64,000 bases of DNA, from the NCBI GenBank assembly GCA_045837725.1, contig JBEWZL010000146.1:1-64000 (forward strand), written 5' to 3'. The stretch is from Vermamoeba vermiformis (lineage: Eukaryota). Every line of letters begins with the position of its first letter. Position 1 is the first letter of the stretch. Made by a program: the position numbers and the translations under genes. The notes below the pieces were generated by a model, which saw only the letters and a program-made list of their open reading frames with translations, had not been told where the DNA came from and ran no database searches. Below are positions 30,724 through 43,820 of this stretch, in pieces.

Positions 30724-32757
30724 ATGGAAGTACGTTGTTCGAGTCAGCAATGCTTGCGGCACCTCAGCGAACTACAAAAACAACTGGATGCCTCGCTTGC
30801 AAGTCATCAACAGCGTTTGAAAAATCCACATAATATAGACACGAATGTAAATAGAGTAGATTTAGCAAGTTTCAAGCTGGAGTGGATCTTCGAAAAGGTA
30901 AATATTTTTCTTTTTCGTGTGCACGCAATAACAATGCATATTTCCCACCATTGCATTCAATCCAAGCTAATATTTATTTAATAATAATATTTGTTACGTC
31001 AGGTCGATGATACAGATCCATTATTTCTAGATCTATCCTTGCTGCGCCTCTATATCCTGTCCAAATTGTTCAAGCTATCAAATTCGACAAAAATACTCGA
31101 CGAGAAGTCCATGGATCATATACAGCTAGTTGTCAAGCAGATTGTTGACTCAAAATTGCCGTCGATAGTAAGTCAATTACAGCTCTGCCGCTCAGTACTA
31201 AGATTAAGAATAGATCACCTGGCTGGAGTCAAGTGACGAACTTATCGGATACACCACTGTAAATACACTGATCGATATTTGTTTGACACCTGTGACGAGC
31301 CACATTACTGCCAACCTCTATATGGACCTCGTGCGTCATGCCACACTCACCGCGAGCACAACTACAAAACACGCCTTATCAGCGCGTATATTGACTCTAT
31401 TCATTAAGCAACTGAAGCTGGCACTTAAGGCGATCAAAGTTGAAACTGATGACGGTGAAATCAACACAAACAATGTGCAGTACAATGAAGCCATGAAAAT
31501 AGTGTCTTTATTTGGAAATTCAGCAGAAGTTCGCGCTGAACTACTCAAACATAACAGCGAGGATAATGTGCGATCGAATATTGAGTTATATATTCTGATA
31601 CTCAAACTATTGACGTACTTGGACGACGAGCACGTGCCTGCACAACACGCATTGAATTTCAAACTGAACATTGTTCGTGATTGTTTGTTTGTGCTTGGCT
31701 CAAAGATTACTACAGAGCACTCACATTTGACCATCAAGAAGTACTTGCGATTGTGCGCACTCCTGACGAGTGTGCTCTCATTGGCGGATCTCCAACAAGT
31801 AGCGAATGTCTTGAATCAGTTCATCGGAGGAATATTTAAAGGGTCTTCTGCAGATGAGTCTTCCATATTTGGTCAACAAACAGCACTGGCCACTCGAAGA
31901 CTGTTCATCTTACTTGTGCTAGATATTACGAAGAATCTATTGGCCAATCTGTCCAGCACTGAACACGTGACTCTACTTTCTAGAATTGGAAGTACAACTG
32001 TGTCGTTATTGAAAGATTTTTCATCGAAGGAGCTAATGAGTGCATTCTTTGAGCTATTTCAAGAGCAAGATGACGACCTAATGACAGGACTGTGGCACTG
32101 GCTGTCAGTGTATACTCAATGGAATCTCAATACGTATGTGACAATCAGAATCAGTACATTTGTGACAGTTACTAATATCGTTCCTAGAACACAACAGGTG
32201 CTTGGACAGCAATTGCCTCAAGAACTCATCGAAGGTGTTACCAAATTACTATCAACGTTTCATCCTCACGCGATGTTTCACGAACTTCTCGCTGTGGTTG
32301 ATTTTGATCACAACGTGCTTCTTGACTTTCTGGTTAGCAATGAGACCGACTTCTTGTTGTATTTGTTGCAGTAAGTATTGTAATGATCATTAAGTGCCTT
32401 GTGCTGAGACATTATTCCAGGTATTTGAAGTACGTGTCAACGGATTGGACTGGCTTTACAAAGATAATGGCGCAATTTGATTCGAACGAAGCAGCACAGT
32501 ATTTAGAAGAAGCGAAGAATAGTGGTATGAGCGAAGAGTCCAAACGCGAGCTCGAAGAAATGTTGCTGTCTATGAGCAAGTTAAATATCAACACGAGCAT
32601 GCAAGTCGATTCAGACGAAGTCAAGCGCGTGATTGATGTGATCCACAAGCTTGGTGTGGCGATAAATCGACTCGTGGCCAAAGATCTGTTTCCGTACAAC
32701 ATTTCACCTCTGCTCAAATGGATTGCAACAATGGAGAGGCTCTACAATCAAAAGTAA
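30724..32757 (+). CDS. LINS1: Protein Lines homologue
   Basis: LFQEQDDDLM, HPHAMFHELL..DFDHNVLLDFLVSNETDFLLYLL.YLKY, LFPYNISPLL. Confidence 0.85.
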
Positions 32758-32789
32758 ACAGCAAAGGTTGTTAATTATTTCGCGTTGTT

Positions 32790-35075
32790 TTATTGCTCGT
32801 CATCATCGTCTATGCCTTCAACATCGTTCATATTGTCGCCAGAGGGCTCTTCAAATTCTTCCGTATGTAGACCACGCAGCTCTCGTATATCTAGCTGCAC
32901 ACTGGAGGCAAAGTCTTCAGTGAGACTGTCTTCGAGGGCCATCTGCAACATCTCGTGCGCGAATGTGTCCTCGCTGTTGAGACCCAAGGCTTCGTGGTAG
33001 ATGTCAATGGCCTCCATGACATTGCCCTGCAAGTGGTGCGTGAATGCAATTGCAGTGTAAATGCTCGCTCGGTGTGCCCCTGCTTGCGTGAGTGATTGAG
33101 CCCATTGATAGCACGCCATGGCCTTGTCGTATTGTCTGAACATTAGATTAGAGGCAGCTCGTTAACTACAACAAATCAAATGTACGTACTTTAGTTTCCT
33201 GTAGCAGTGACCCAAGTTGAACACGGTCGGTTCCCAGCTGTCTTGCAGCGTGTCTTTGTTGCGCATGTCGTTGGTGACGAGTTTGAGTGCCTTCTCGAAG
33301 TGTGCTGTAGCGTCGTTGATGTACTTGTTGCGGAAGTAAATCACGCCGAGTTCGTTGTACACGAGTGGATCAAACGGACAAATCTCTTTGGCTTTCAACA
33401 AGAACTCTTGTGCCAGTGCGTAGTTGTTTGCACGCACAAGTTCCATGCCGATGCACAGCGAGGGCAAGTGCGAGCTGTGTTTGACACGTGTCAATGACAT
33501 GTCAACGACGGACAGATTCACTTACCCGTGAAGAATTCTCGCGGCTGATCGATAAGCAGCCATGGCTTGGTCGTGCTCGCCTTCTTGCGCGAATGAATGG
33601 CCAAAGCCGAGCCAGCCTGCACCGAAATCTCGGTTCATTGACGTGGATTTGCTGAATTTAGATTAGTAAGGTGGAGTTAGTTGCATATTAAATAAGACTT
33701 ACCTGAAGTATCGTCGTGCATTTTCATAGTTACCAATCAAATAATAATAACAGCCCACCGCGTACCAAGCGACGTACAGATCTGGATGATTATCCACCAA
33801 TTTGTGCGCGCAATAAAACAGTTCGTTCTTCAAGTTCAATTCTACCATGCATGAGATATGAATGACAAGTGCATTTGAAAAATTGTGCGGATCTTCGTTG
33901 AGAATTCTGAAAAAGTGCTTGTCAGATTGTTATTCTGGTATTATTATACGCACTTCTTAGTAATAGCATAGGCCTTGTCGAATTGATTGTGGTAGAAATA
34001 GTTCTCAGCTTGGCTCGTCAGCACATCTTCGTCGTTAGTAAGCTGTAGTTTCTGTTGCACGAGTTTTTGAACTTGATCCAGATCTGCTTGTGGTTTATAC
34101 TGCGAGGTATATTAGATACAAGTTATATATGATGCTATGATAGTATACTACCTTCATGAACTTCATGGCGTACAATTCTTTGAGCCATTCGTCTTCTTTT
34201 TGGAAAGTCAAAGTTTTCATCAACTCCATTTCTGTGGGACGCAATTAATATGGCAATGTATTTAACATTCGCAGTATATGAATTACCTTCTTTGGCAGTC
34301 AACATCGAGTTACTTGTTAATCGTTCAAGTGCCTGCCAGATCGGTCAGTACAAAGTTAGATCTGACTTTGCGTAATGACTGAATATGATATTAGAGGCAT
34401 TATATATACCTCGAAGCAGTGTACATCAGCCACAATCGCTTTTTGATACCACAGCGCGGCTTTTTGTCTGTTTTCAAGGGCTTCAAATGCACGACCACGC
34501 AAGTAAAACAGCGCTGACTTCATCTGCGGTCAATTAATAGGCATTTGTTAATACAACACTATAGTACAACTTATTTAACTATATTAAGCCGTACCTTGAC
34601 GTCAGGCGTGTCCAATCGATTATCTTCGCCAAGAATTTCCAAACAGTCGCCCCACTCGTTGCATTCAGCCTAATAATCGTGCGGTGAGTAACATATCAAT
34701 ACTTATAGTAATATAATCATTAGTATTACCTTGCAGCGGACATATAAATACATATATTTTACATTTGAGCGGTGCAAGTTCTCTTTCTCCAATAAATGAC
34801 TTGCTCGGCGATATTGTTTGGCAGCAAAATATGCTTGAGCCAATTGATATACATCTTCGGGATTTTCTATCGAATAGAATTACGTTAATAATTTAATTAT
34901 TAATTTTATTTTAATTCTAAGCAAGTTGAAGTGTGCTCCTTAGCACACATTAATTATACTTACTTTTAGAAAGCGAAACTAATTTATTTGCGAAGAAGAT
35001 CGCCTGATTGTGCAGATGGTTATCGAGCGCTTCTCTGATGAGAGTGCGAAGCTGAACGATAGTCTTGTCATCCAT
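32790..35075 (-). CDS. CDC16: Anaphase-promoting complex subunit 6 (TPR)
   Basis: AIFFANKLVSL, ELFYCAHKLV, WYAVGCYY, WLGFGHSFAQEGEHDQAMAAYR, HLPSLCIGME, WEPTVFNLGH. Confidence 0.93.
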
Positions 35076-35215
35076 ATTGTACTCGGTATGGTGTAACCTA
35101 TGCTAGCTCTACTCACAGCTTGCTTATATAATTTAAAAATTGAAATTAGAAATGGCGCGAAAATTGGCGACTAAAATTACGAATTTTATTTAGCGCTACG
35201 CTGAGACATTAACGC

Positions 35216-35678
35216 TCATTCCTCGAACAAGAAGTGCTCATTATTGTCTTTAAGGAAGTCCTTGCTAGCAGGAGTCGGTAGGCGCGGCGTACTGCTTTGA
35301 GAGAACGAAATGCGCGGAGTTGGAGTACGAGGCGGATTCAGCGCAGTAGACATGCCGTCGATCAACTTCGCAGTGATATGCAAGCCTAAGTAACATTATT
35401 AACGCGTTATAATCCTCTCAGTCGTTACCTAAGTCCAAGTAGCTCGAGGATGCGGCGATATGTCGTTCATTCGCGAGGAATTGTTCTTGAAAGGCCTCTA
35501 GTACAAATGTTCAGCGTTGAAATACCAATATTATATATACATTACCTATCTTGCGAATTTCTTCGTATAAGTTGCGGTAGAAGGTCTCTGGATGCGAGTT
35601 AGACTCAGTACAAAGCAAGGGCTGCTTACCTTTGTCGAGAGACTTGGCAAGCTCTTCGTAGTGTGGTTGTGGTTCCAT
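35216..35678 (-). CDS. Small 4-exon protein of unknown function (about 109 aa)
   Basis: Manual splice gives MEPQPHYEELAKSLDKETFYRNLYEEIRKIEAFQEQFLANERH..PPRTPTPR..FLFEE* with three GT-AG introns. Confidence 0.6.
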
Positions 35679-35970
35679 GTCGTGAGTTGAAATTAGAATG
35701 AAGTGTTTTCTTCGTTACAAAACTCTACCTCCAGTACGCGAGCACGTGATCATGTCTAAAAATGGAAATTCTAGTACATGCTCATTAGCTGCACTTGTCG
35801 AATTTATTAGAATGATCTCGAATATATTATAAGGCGCAATATAGTCACATTATTGGGGTCAGCGGTTATCCTCGCTGTGTCAAGTTAGAAATTTTGTTCG
35901 TAAAAGCTTTTTAGTTTTATAACCAACACAAACACAATCGGGTGACTCAAATATTATACGCACTTAGTCC

Positions 35971-37432
35971 ATGGATCAAATGTTCAACATCGATCTGGAG
36001 GCGGAAAGGGACCGAAAAGACTCAATTACCAAGCCCTTTCCTGTCCGTGCCAGATCTCGAGCCGAGGAAAAGGATCGCATAAGACTACGTGACGACTCAT
36101 TATTATCAGCACAACGAGTGGCTGATTTTTTGGGTTCCTTCAATTGCTTTGATTTGATGCCGCAATCCAGCAAGGTTGTAGTTCTAGATACGAAGGTGAC
36201 TATTGGTGTGGCCGTTAGGGCACTTGAAGAAAACGGTAAATTTCACTATTAAATATTAAATATAAGTGCTATAAAGCAAATTTTTATTTTCAAATTTAGA
36301 AATTATTTTCATATTCTAGAGCTTTCTATAAATAAATAAATTGCCAATATGTGATAACCGAATATAATATACGACGTATTAATTATTTCCCAAATTTTAG
36401 ACTTACACTCAGCCCCGCTGTGGGATTCGAAAGAAAAAGACTTCGTTGGATTCCTTTCTCTACTTGACTTGGTCAATTTTTTAGTGCATTTTTATCACGA
36501 GTCAAATAATAAAATCAAAGAAACAATGGATGGACACGTGGATCCGCTGCTGCAAAACTATAATAATCTCGGTCAATCAATTGAAAAACAGAAAATCAGC
36601 TGGTGTCGTGGTACGTCAAAAAAATATTCATAGCGCCTATTTTAATATTAATCTTCATAATAGACGCGATACCAGTATTTACAAAGCCCACAGAATTCAT
36701 AAACATTGAGCCCAGTGACACGCTATTAGAAGCAGTGCAATTGTTCGTCAAATACAAAATTCACCGACTGCCAGTGATTGACAGAGAGGAGCAGAATTCA
36801 ATCTTGTACATATTAACACCAATGCGTATATTAGTCTTCTTGTTGAAAGTCGTACGTACCACGCACTTTTTGCTGTCAAATCTCGAGTCTAATGTCCGCA
36901 CAGATGACGACTCGCATGCACATATTTAGTCAGAGCATAGAAGAGCTCTCTGTAGGCAGTTTTGATTCAGTGGCTGCACTAGGACTGCACAGCACATTGA
37001 TCCAAGTGTTGGATCTGATGATCAAAAAAAGTATTTCCATAGTGCCGATTGTCGATGAGAACGGCGTGGTGGTCGATGTGTTTTATAAGAGCGACATTAT
37101 AGTACGTATAAACAACTCATACTTGTCAATTCTAACGATGTGCTAGTACATTGCAAACACGAAACAATTTGACTACTTGGACAAGCCTATCAAAGAGACA
37201 TTAGCACTCAAGGTACTAATGAAGTTACAGTATTAGCTGTGTTACTAACAGGCGCTATAATTAGAATGTAGATAAAGAGCGCAAAGTAACGTGTCTGTTG
37301 TCTGACACGTTAGAAATGGTGAGCAACAGAATGCTCGAGAACAGATTGCAAAGTCTCGTGTGCGTGGATTCAGAGAACAGACCCGTAGGTGTGATCACGA
37401 TGGGTGATATGATGCGATTCTTTCTGAGTTGA
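35971..37432 (+). CDS. CBS-domain protein, AMPK gamma/SNF4-like
   Basis: NCFDLMPQSSKVVVLDTK, SAPLWDS..FVGFL, KIHRLPVID..NSILYILT, ISIVPIVDENGVVVD. Confidence 0.88.
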
Positions 37433-37508
37433 ATTTGACACCAGCGATCACAACCACCACTCCTCATGTAAAATAAAATCTTCAAGCCAAGCTTAGCGGT
37501 CAATTTAT

Positions 37509-40282
37509 TCAGCACTTGCTCAACTCTTCAAACAGTTTCTTAATCATAGTGATGTGTTCGGTAGGGATCAGTCCTATGCGCGTCAAAGCACCAATCAGCT
37601 CGTCAAGTCGTGTCTGGACTTGATCATCTTCATCACGTGACTGCACTGCTGACTCTTGTTGCCGTTGTTGTTGTTTGCTCGTCCAAGTGCGAGCAATCAC
37701 TGCTTCGATCATACGACACAGTGGACTGATGATCAGTTGTGCTGCTGCCACTGCAATGATAGGCCATGCTTGTGGGTGTGCGTGACTCACTGACACGTGT
37801 TCGAGCGATGTATATCCTAACTTTTGATAGAGATGATACATAGTCTGTTCATATTCGTAGACACCCTTGAAGTTTGAATAAATTCTGTAGTTCGGATCTC
37901 CCAAATCTCGTGGCCAAAATGACTTGAGCAGCGGCATGACAATCAAATTGATTACTGTGCGCGTGAATATTACTACTGCTGTTAGTCCAGATCTCTTTTT
38001 TGGTCTAAATTTGACAAGTTTAGGGGTTTCTATCACGTGCCGAGTCCAGTACTGTTTGTAATAGGTTTCATTTTCTTCACCAATGTTGGGATAGTGCGAT
38101 CTGACTGGTGCATGGGCCCACTGCTCGTTGACGACGGTCTTGGGCGTCACCACTTGTTTCAGTGAAATGAAGTCAGGCACGACAACAGCGTTGCCGCACT
38201 GTTTCACACGTTCGCACCACTCGTAAAGCATTTCCGCGAATTCTTCTGCGCGTTCAGGATTGGGATTGCACTTTTGAGCGATGGATTTAGCTTCAGCGGC
38301 GATTTTGTCGTTGAATTCTGTTCGAACAACAGACGTCACCTTGTCCTTCAAGTTCTCCATCATATCTCGAATAGTACTTCTGTAATTGGACGGCCACAAA
38401 TGATAGTTGCTGGTCTCTTGCGCTGTCAATAATATTTCCACTAGAGGCTTCAGCTTGGTTTGGAATTCAGCGACAGATTTTGTCGTGAACCAATCAAACA
38501 CGTAGTGCACGAAATTCCAGTGCCCATCTTTCGTCGAGTCCTGCGAGTTGTAGTGATAGAGCATAATGGCGTTGATCGTGCCATCACGTAGCAACTCGAA
38601 CCCTAAGCTGTAGGTGTGGCTGCCAATGGTTCCAAACCACGTGTAATGGATCGAGGGGTTGCTGATGCCAAGGGCCTCTTCACTGCACTCGTTAGGCTCA
38701 AAGGTCGCACTCGCACAGCCAATCAGCTGCGGGTACAGCTGATACACTGGCTCCACGAGTCGTCGTGCAAGTGGATTTCTGTCACGTGGGAAGTCACGTG
38801 GATTTTGGGAGTGTGCCGTGAAAGTGTATTTGAGGATCAATTGCCACGGGTCCTTTGGCCAGACCTCGCTCGCACTGGTCTTGTTCAACAGTGCCCAGCC
38901 TTCCATCACATTGATCAGTTCCAATGTCTCGGCTGTCACGCAGCTGAAGTGCTTCAAATAGTACTCCTTCCACACCTTCCAGCGCCGTGTCAATTCCAGC
39001 GTCACTTTGCTGCACGCCATGAATCGAGTGATGTCCCTGATGTTCAAGTGGTCGTACAGAATGTGCTTGGTGAGCTCCGTGGGCAATGTGTTCCAGAAGT
39101 TGTTCAGCGCCGTGCCTGGAAGTGTCAAGGGCTCATCGTCAGTGCTCGTGGTGCGAGGTAGAGCTGTGTCTGGTCCTCTTCTATAGTCTTGCAGAGGCTT
39201 GATCAATTTTCCCTCCAAATACTCCAGGTGATCTGCGTCCACTGCACGCGAACGTTGTTATGATAGAGCTCTTTTTAAATAATGATAATAACGATACTTG
39301 CATTCAGCTAAAAATGAACTGTATTGTAGGCGTGGAATTCAAGTACTCAACGAGTGGTGCTAAATGAACTGCATCTAACAGGAACAGATCTGAATACCCA
39401 AAATTAGAAATAGTATATGGCATAATACTATGTGACAATGATTATATTCAAGTGCTCGTACCGCCCAAATGCAGCTTTACAAGATTAGGACAGGTCTTTA
39501 GTGTTGCTAAGAAATCAGTCAACTGATCCGCGGTCCAGGAGGCACGAGGCAAGAACAATGTTTGTATTAGTCTTGTTGTTCTTGACGAATGCAATGAGTG
39601 CTCTAAATGATGCATCGTTCCATTCATTATCGTCTGATAAAAATGTTAGTAAACAAAAGTACCAAAATTAATCGGTGGATCTGCTTACGTAAATTAAAGT
39701 TTATGAGGTGTTGTTTACTCGCTAGAGCATATAGTACTTGGGCTGTTTCTTCGGCTTCACGAAGACCTGATCCAAGCAAATTAAATTCGAATGAGAAAGA
39801 AAGGGGAATCTTAATTACCGTGTATTTCCAATATTTTTAGCGATGTATTAAATCTTAGGGCGTCAATAAACTCTTCTTTACATTCTAAATGGAATTACTA
39901 TTAGTGTATATTTTGACGTATACACGCGGTCACATCCATGCTTCACGCCGTATAATTTGGCCACAGAAGCCACAAAAAAAATTTGACGTAATACACAGCC
40001 TGACGAAGTATTGTACATTAACATTACAATATAATTTAATTGTAAACGCCTACATTACCTGCTGAATACAAAAATTTTAATTTTTCGACCGTTGTACTTT
40101 CTTTCAACGCTTTACATGTTGCTTTGTATTGCGCAGCAGTCTTCGGATATTCTGCGATAAGAATAAATAAAATAATTATAAGGCACTTTGACAAACAACT
40201 GACCTCCCATAAAAAGCTTCCATGATCGCTGCGTAGTTTTGAGATAATCCAACAACTTATCGTAATTTAAACTAGCTTGCAT
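37509..40282 (-). CDS. RNI-type LRR + F-box-like + unknown-domain protein (paralogue A)
   Basis: Short 5' exons with LRR-like segments; long 3' exon with FWNTLPTELTKHILYDHLNIRDITRFMACSK..W. Confidence 0.6.
37570..37805. repeat. About 236-bp direct repeat, copy 1 (3' coding end of paralogue A)
   Basis: Near-identical to 41075-41313. Confidence 0.95.
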
Positions 40283-40395
40283 ATTGTGGTAGAGGTTAAG
40301 TCACACTTACAAAAATTCTTTCGTGTGTCAGCAAGTCATTGGTGTTCTTGTTTGGGTGGAAATTAATTTCAATACAATTCAACGATATCGGCAAC

Positions 40396-40869
40396 ATGAG
40401 TACCAACAACTTGAAAGCAAAATTTGAACAAGAAATTAAGAACGGTAAGCGAGCGAAATAGTCGCAACACATCGATATCGCGCAGATGTGCTAATGAAAT
40501 CTTCCTTAGCTACTCCTCCTCCTGCTCCTAAAAAAGAGCGCGTATGGACACCCATAGGTAAGTGTTGTATGCTATTTATTACAGCGGTCAAACGAATTAT
40601 TTGAATTACTGAAGATTTTTTGGTAATTATTTTTTTTGAAATTTACTCGAGAGAATCTTGTAATGATATTCAACTGAATTATTAATTTTAATGTATTTAG
40701 ATAATGCTGATAACACCAAATACCACTCACAAACCAAAGTGAAGAAGACTGTCCCCAAGCCCGATGGTAAATATTGACTAGGACTACAGTTCATCGATAA
40801 TTATTTCGTCTTTATTAATCACTCTTAGGTCCTCCACCACCAAAGAAGAGCATCACTGATCTTCCTTAA
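40396..40869 (+). CDS. Tiny 4-exon Pro/Lys-rich protein (about 67 aa), unknown
   Basis: MSTNNLKAKFEQEIKN|ATPPPAPKKERVWTPI|DNADNTKYHSQTKVKKTVPKPD|GPPPPKKSITDLP*; three clean phase-1 GT-AG introns. Confidence 0.7.
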
Positions 40870-41013
40870 TCAGCCTTGTACATGATATTATAAAATTGCA
40901 GATTGACGCAACTGCTGCAGTTAACAAAGGAGTTACTGGCAGCTTCATCGGACCATTTAGTCTTGAAGAGGTCATGCGAAATAGCCAAACGGTAACCTTG
41001 AAATTGAGGATTA

Positions 41014-43658
41014 TTACATATTGGCGAGTTTGTTAAATAGAGATCTGATCGCAGCCAAATGTTCATTCGACATGAGTCCTATGCGCGTCAAAGCACCAAT
41101 CAGCTCGTCAAGTCGTGTCTGGACTTGATCATCTTCATCACGTGACTGCACTGCTGACTCTTGTTGTTGTTGTTGTTGTTGTTTGTTCGTCCAAGTGCGA
41201 GCAATCACTGCTTCGATCACACGACACAGTGGACTGATGATCAGTTGTGCTGCTGCCACTGCAATGACAGGCCATGCTTGCGGGTGTGCGTGACTCACTG
41301 ACACGTGTTCGAGTGGCACGTATGGCCATCGAGCGAAACAACCGCCTGAGTACCAGGTCTTGAGGTGCGGATACACGCGGTACTCAGGATCCTTCGGTGA
41401 CAAGCGCCAGAATGCTTTCAACACGGGCATCATAATGTAGTTCAACCAGACACGAATGAACTTCTGCAGTGATGCAGCACTTGAGACTTTCTTCTCTCGC
41501 CAATGTCCCTTGAGATGGTACACCGATCTTCTGCTGTTTGGGCTCATCGTCTTCGTGCACCCACTTCGACTTGTTGAAGTTGTACCACCGCTCTCCAATG
41601 CAGTACTTCTTGTTCAACTCCGCGCGACTGATCGTCTTTTGTTTGAGTGCAATGTAATCAGGCGCTGGTGCCTCAGGAGCGTCCTTGACTTGTTGAGCCA
41701 AGCTGTCTATCAACTTGGTGAATGCCACGCAGGTAGAGAACGTCACGTGACACATGTCAAGGATCTGTTTTCCGAGTGTCTCGATGCTGGTAGCGAGCTG
41801 ATCTTTCTTGGCCGACAGAATTCGATCAATGTTGGCATATATTTCGCCGTTAACATAGCGCGTGTACCAGTAACATCCGTTAGAAAATTCTTGTCCACAC
41901 AAAAGTACTTCAATGAGCGGGGCAATCTTTTCTTCCAGCTCTTCTCCGCTGCTAGCAGTGGTCCATTCGTAGATGTATTTGATGTGTTGAAATCTGTCAT
42001 TCTCAGCTGCCAAGTACGAGTCGTTGCCGAGGAGCGCAATGCCGTTGATTCGTCCTGAAGGCATTAATTCAAAGCCTAAGTGGTACCAGGTGCGGTTCGG
42101 TGCAGCACCATAGAGCCACACAAAGCACAGTGCTGGGTGACCATAGCCGGAGATTTCATGGCGATTTCTGTGGCCAATGTGCTCAGAGAGCTCACTAACG
42201 AGTTGAGGATACTTTTTGAGCACTGGCCCTGCAATGCGTTGATAGAGCTCGCGACGGTTGACGGGGAAGTCTTTCGGCATAGGACGCTTCAGCACCAACG
42301 AGCGAATGATTTCCCGCCAAATGTCAAAGTCCTTGAACTGCTTCAAGTCTGTCAAGGGCAGCCATTGTTCGCCAACGACCAAATTAATCGTGTCGAGGCA
42401 CTCGTTGGGCACGCAGCTGAAGTACCTCAAATAATACTCCTTCCAAAAGCTCCATTGCTTCGTCAAGGCCATAGTCACCTTGCTGCTCCTTAAGAATGCC
42501 ATTAAGGGACCAATATTGAGCTGATACAAGATCTTCTTGATCATGTCGCGCGGCAATATTTCCCAGAACTGCAGTGGTGAGTTCGGTTCCAAATACAATG
42601 GCTGTGGCTCCACGAGTACGACTCTCGGTCCCCAGTCATATCTCTCGCTAACTGTCCACTCGTGCATTAATACGCGCATTTGAATAGGACCTGTTACGTA
42701 CATTGTGTATTCGATTGTGGACTCACGTGCTGGCTGACTTCACTATCGGCACCTAGAAGTGATTTTTTAGTGGATGATAATAGGCTGTATACTAGTAGGA
42801 CTATATTACCATAACATTCGAACAAAATGTGCTGTGGTCTGTTGTTGATCCACTCTGCCACCTTCAAGACCGTTTCATCACTCATATTCTCAGCCTCTGA
42901 ATATAATTTAATACTAATACGATATATAAACTAAGTGGCCTAATTATTACCTCCCAAATCGGTGCGCACCAACAGCTCATTGTGTTTCGCGATCACATCC
43001 AGCACTTGCAAATACTGCTCGTCGGTAAATGTGGCACCAGGTAGCTGGAGCTTCACTAATTTTGACGATTTTTCTAAGAATCGAAGAAACGCAGAATATA
43101 TCTGCTCGTCCCAGACAAAGTCGTACATGAACACTTCTCGAAGTTGATTTTTTTCGCCGAGCAGATCCAGCAGCGCACACATTTGTTCATTCATAACATC
43201 TGCATTACCATTAGTTACGCCCGTATTAATATGTAGGTTATACTTGCCTGAGTCGACGTACAGAGTCAATTTTAACAACGATGTGTTCTGCCGCAGCGCA
43301 TCTATGAACAGTCGAGCATCTGCTGCGCTGGGCACTAATAAATTTCGTGTTAATATAATTCGTCGGCCTGTTAGAGCGAATAACTTACAACGCTCAAGGC
43401 GGATGGACAGCTCTTCTACAAATTTATTTTCAGCGAGCGCTTTAAAAACTTTGCGATAATCTTCTCCATTCATAACCACATCTGACTTACGTTAGAGATA
43501 TTATGGAAACGAATTAAACCATGTTTAATTTACTTTATTTGGTCTTGGTGTAACTGCCTACCTTTAAAGCGCCAAACTTGCTGCGTTACGACACAATATT
43601 CTAAATATTTGTCAAAATTGAGTAATATGTTAGGATAGTCATTATTATTTGGGTCCAT
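41014..43658 (-). CDS. RNI-type LRR + F-box-like + unknown-domain protein (paralogue B); frame break near 41500
   Basis: FKALAENKFVEEL, ALRQNTSLLKL, FWEILPRDMIKKILYQLNI..SSK..W; shares YFSCV, LGFEL..G.IN and the C-terminus with paralogue A. Confidence 0.6.
41075..41313. repeat. About 239-bp direct repeat, copy 2 (3' coding end of paralogue B)
   Basis: Near-identical to 37570-37805 apart from poly-Q length and a few substitutions. Confidence 0.95.
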
Positions 43659-43820
43659 TTGTGTTCGTTTTAACGTTGTCAATACAAATTCTAAATTATC
43701 AATCAATATATCTAAGGAACACAATAGCAGCTACTTTATATTCTAAATATATACGTCGCTTCTCTACTCAGCATTAGATAGCTGTCCTAGATCTTTGTTG
43801 GTGGGAACAGATCTAGTATA

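Noticed and set aside
37509-43658. Transposon or LTR element bounded by the 240-bp direct repeats
   Set aside because: The repeats are in-frame coding ends of paralogues; no transposase, RT, TG..CA ends or target-site duplication seen
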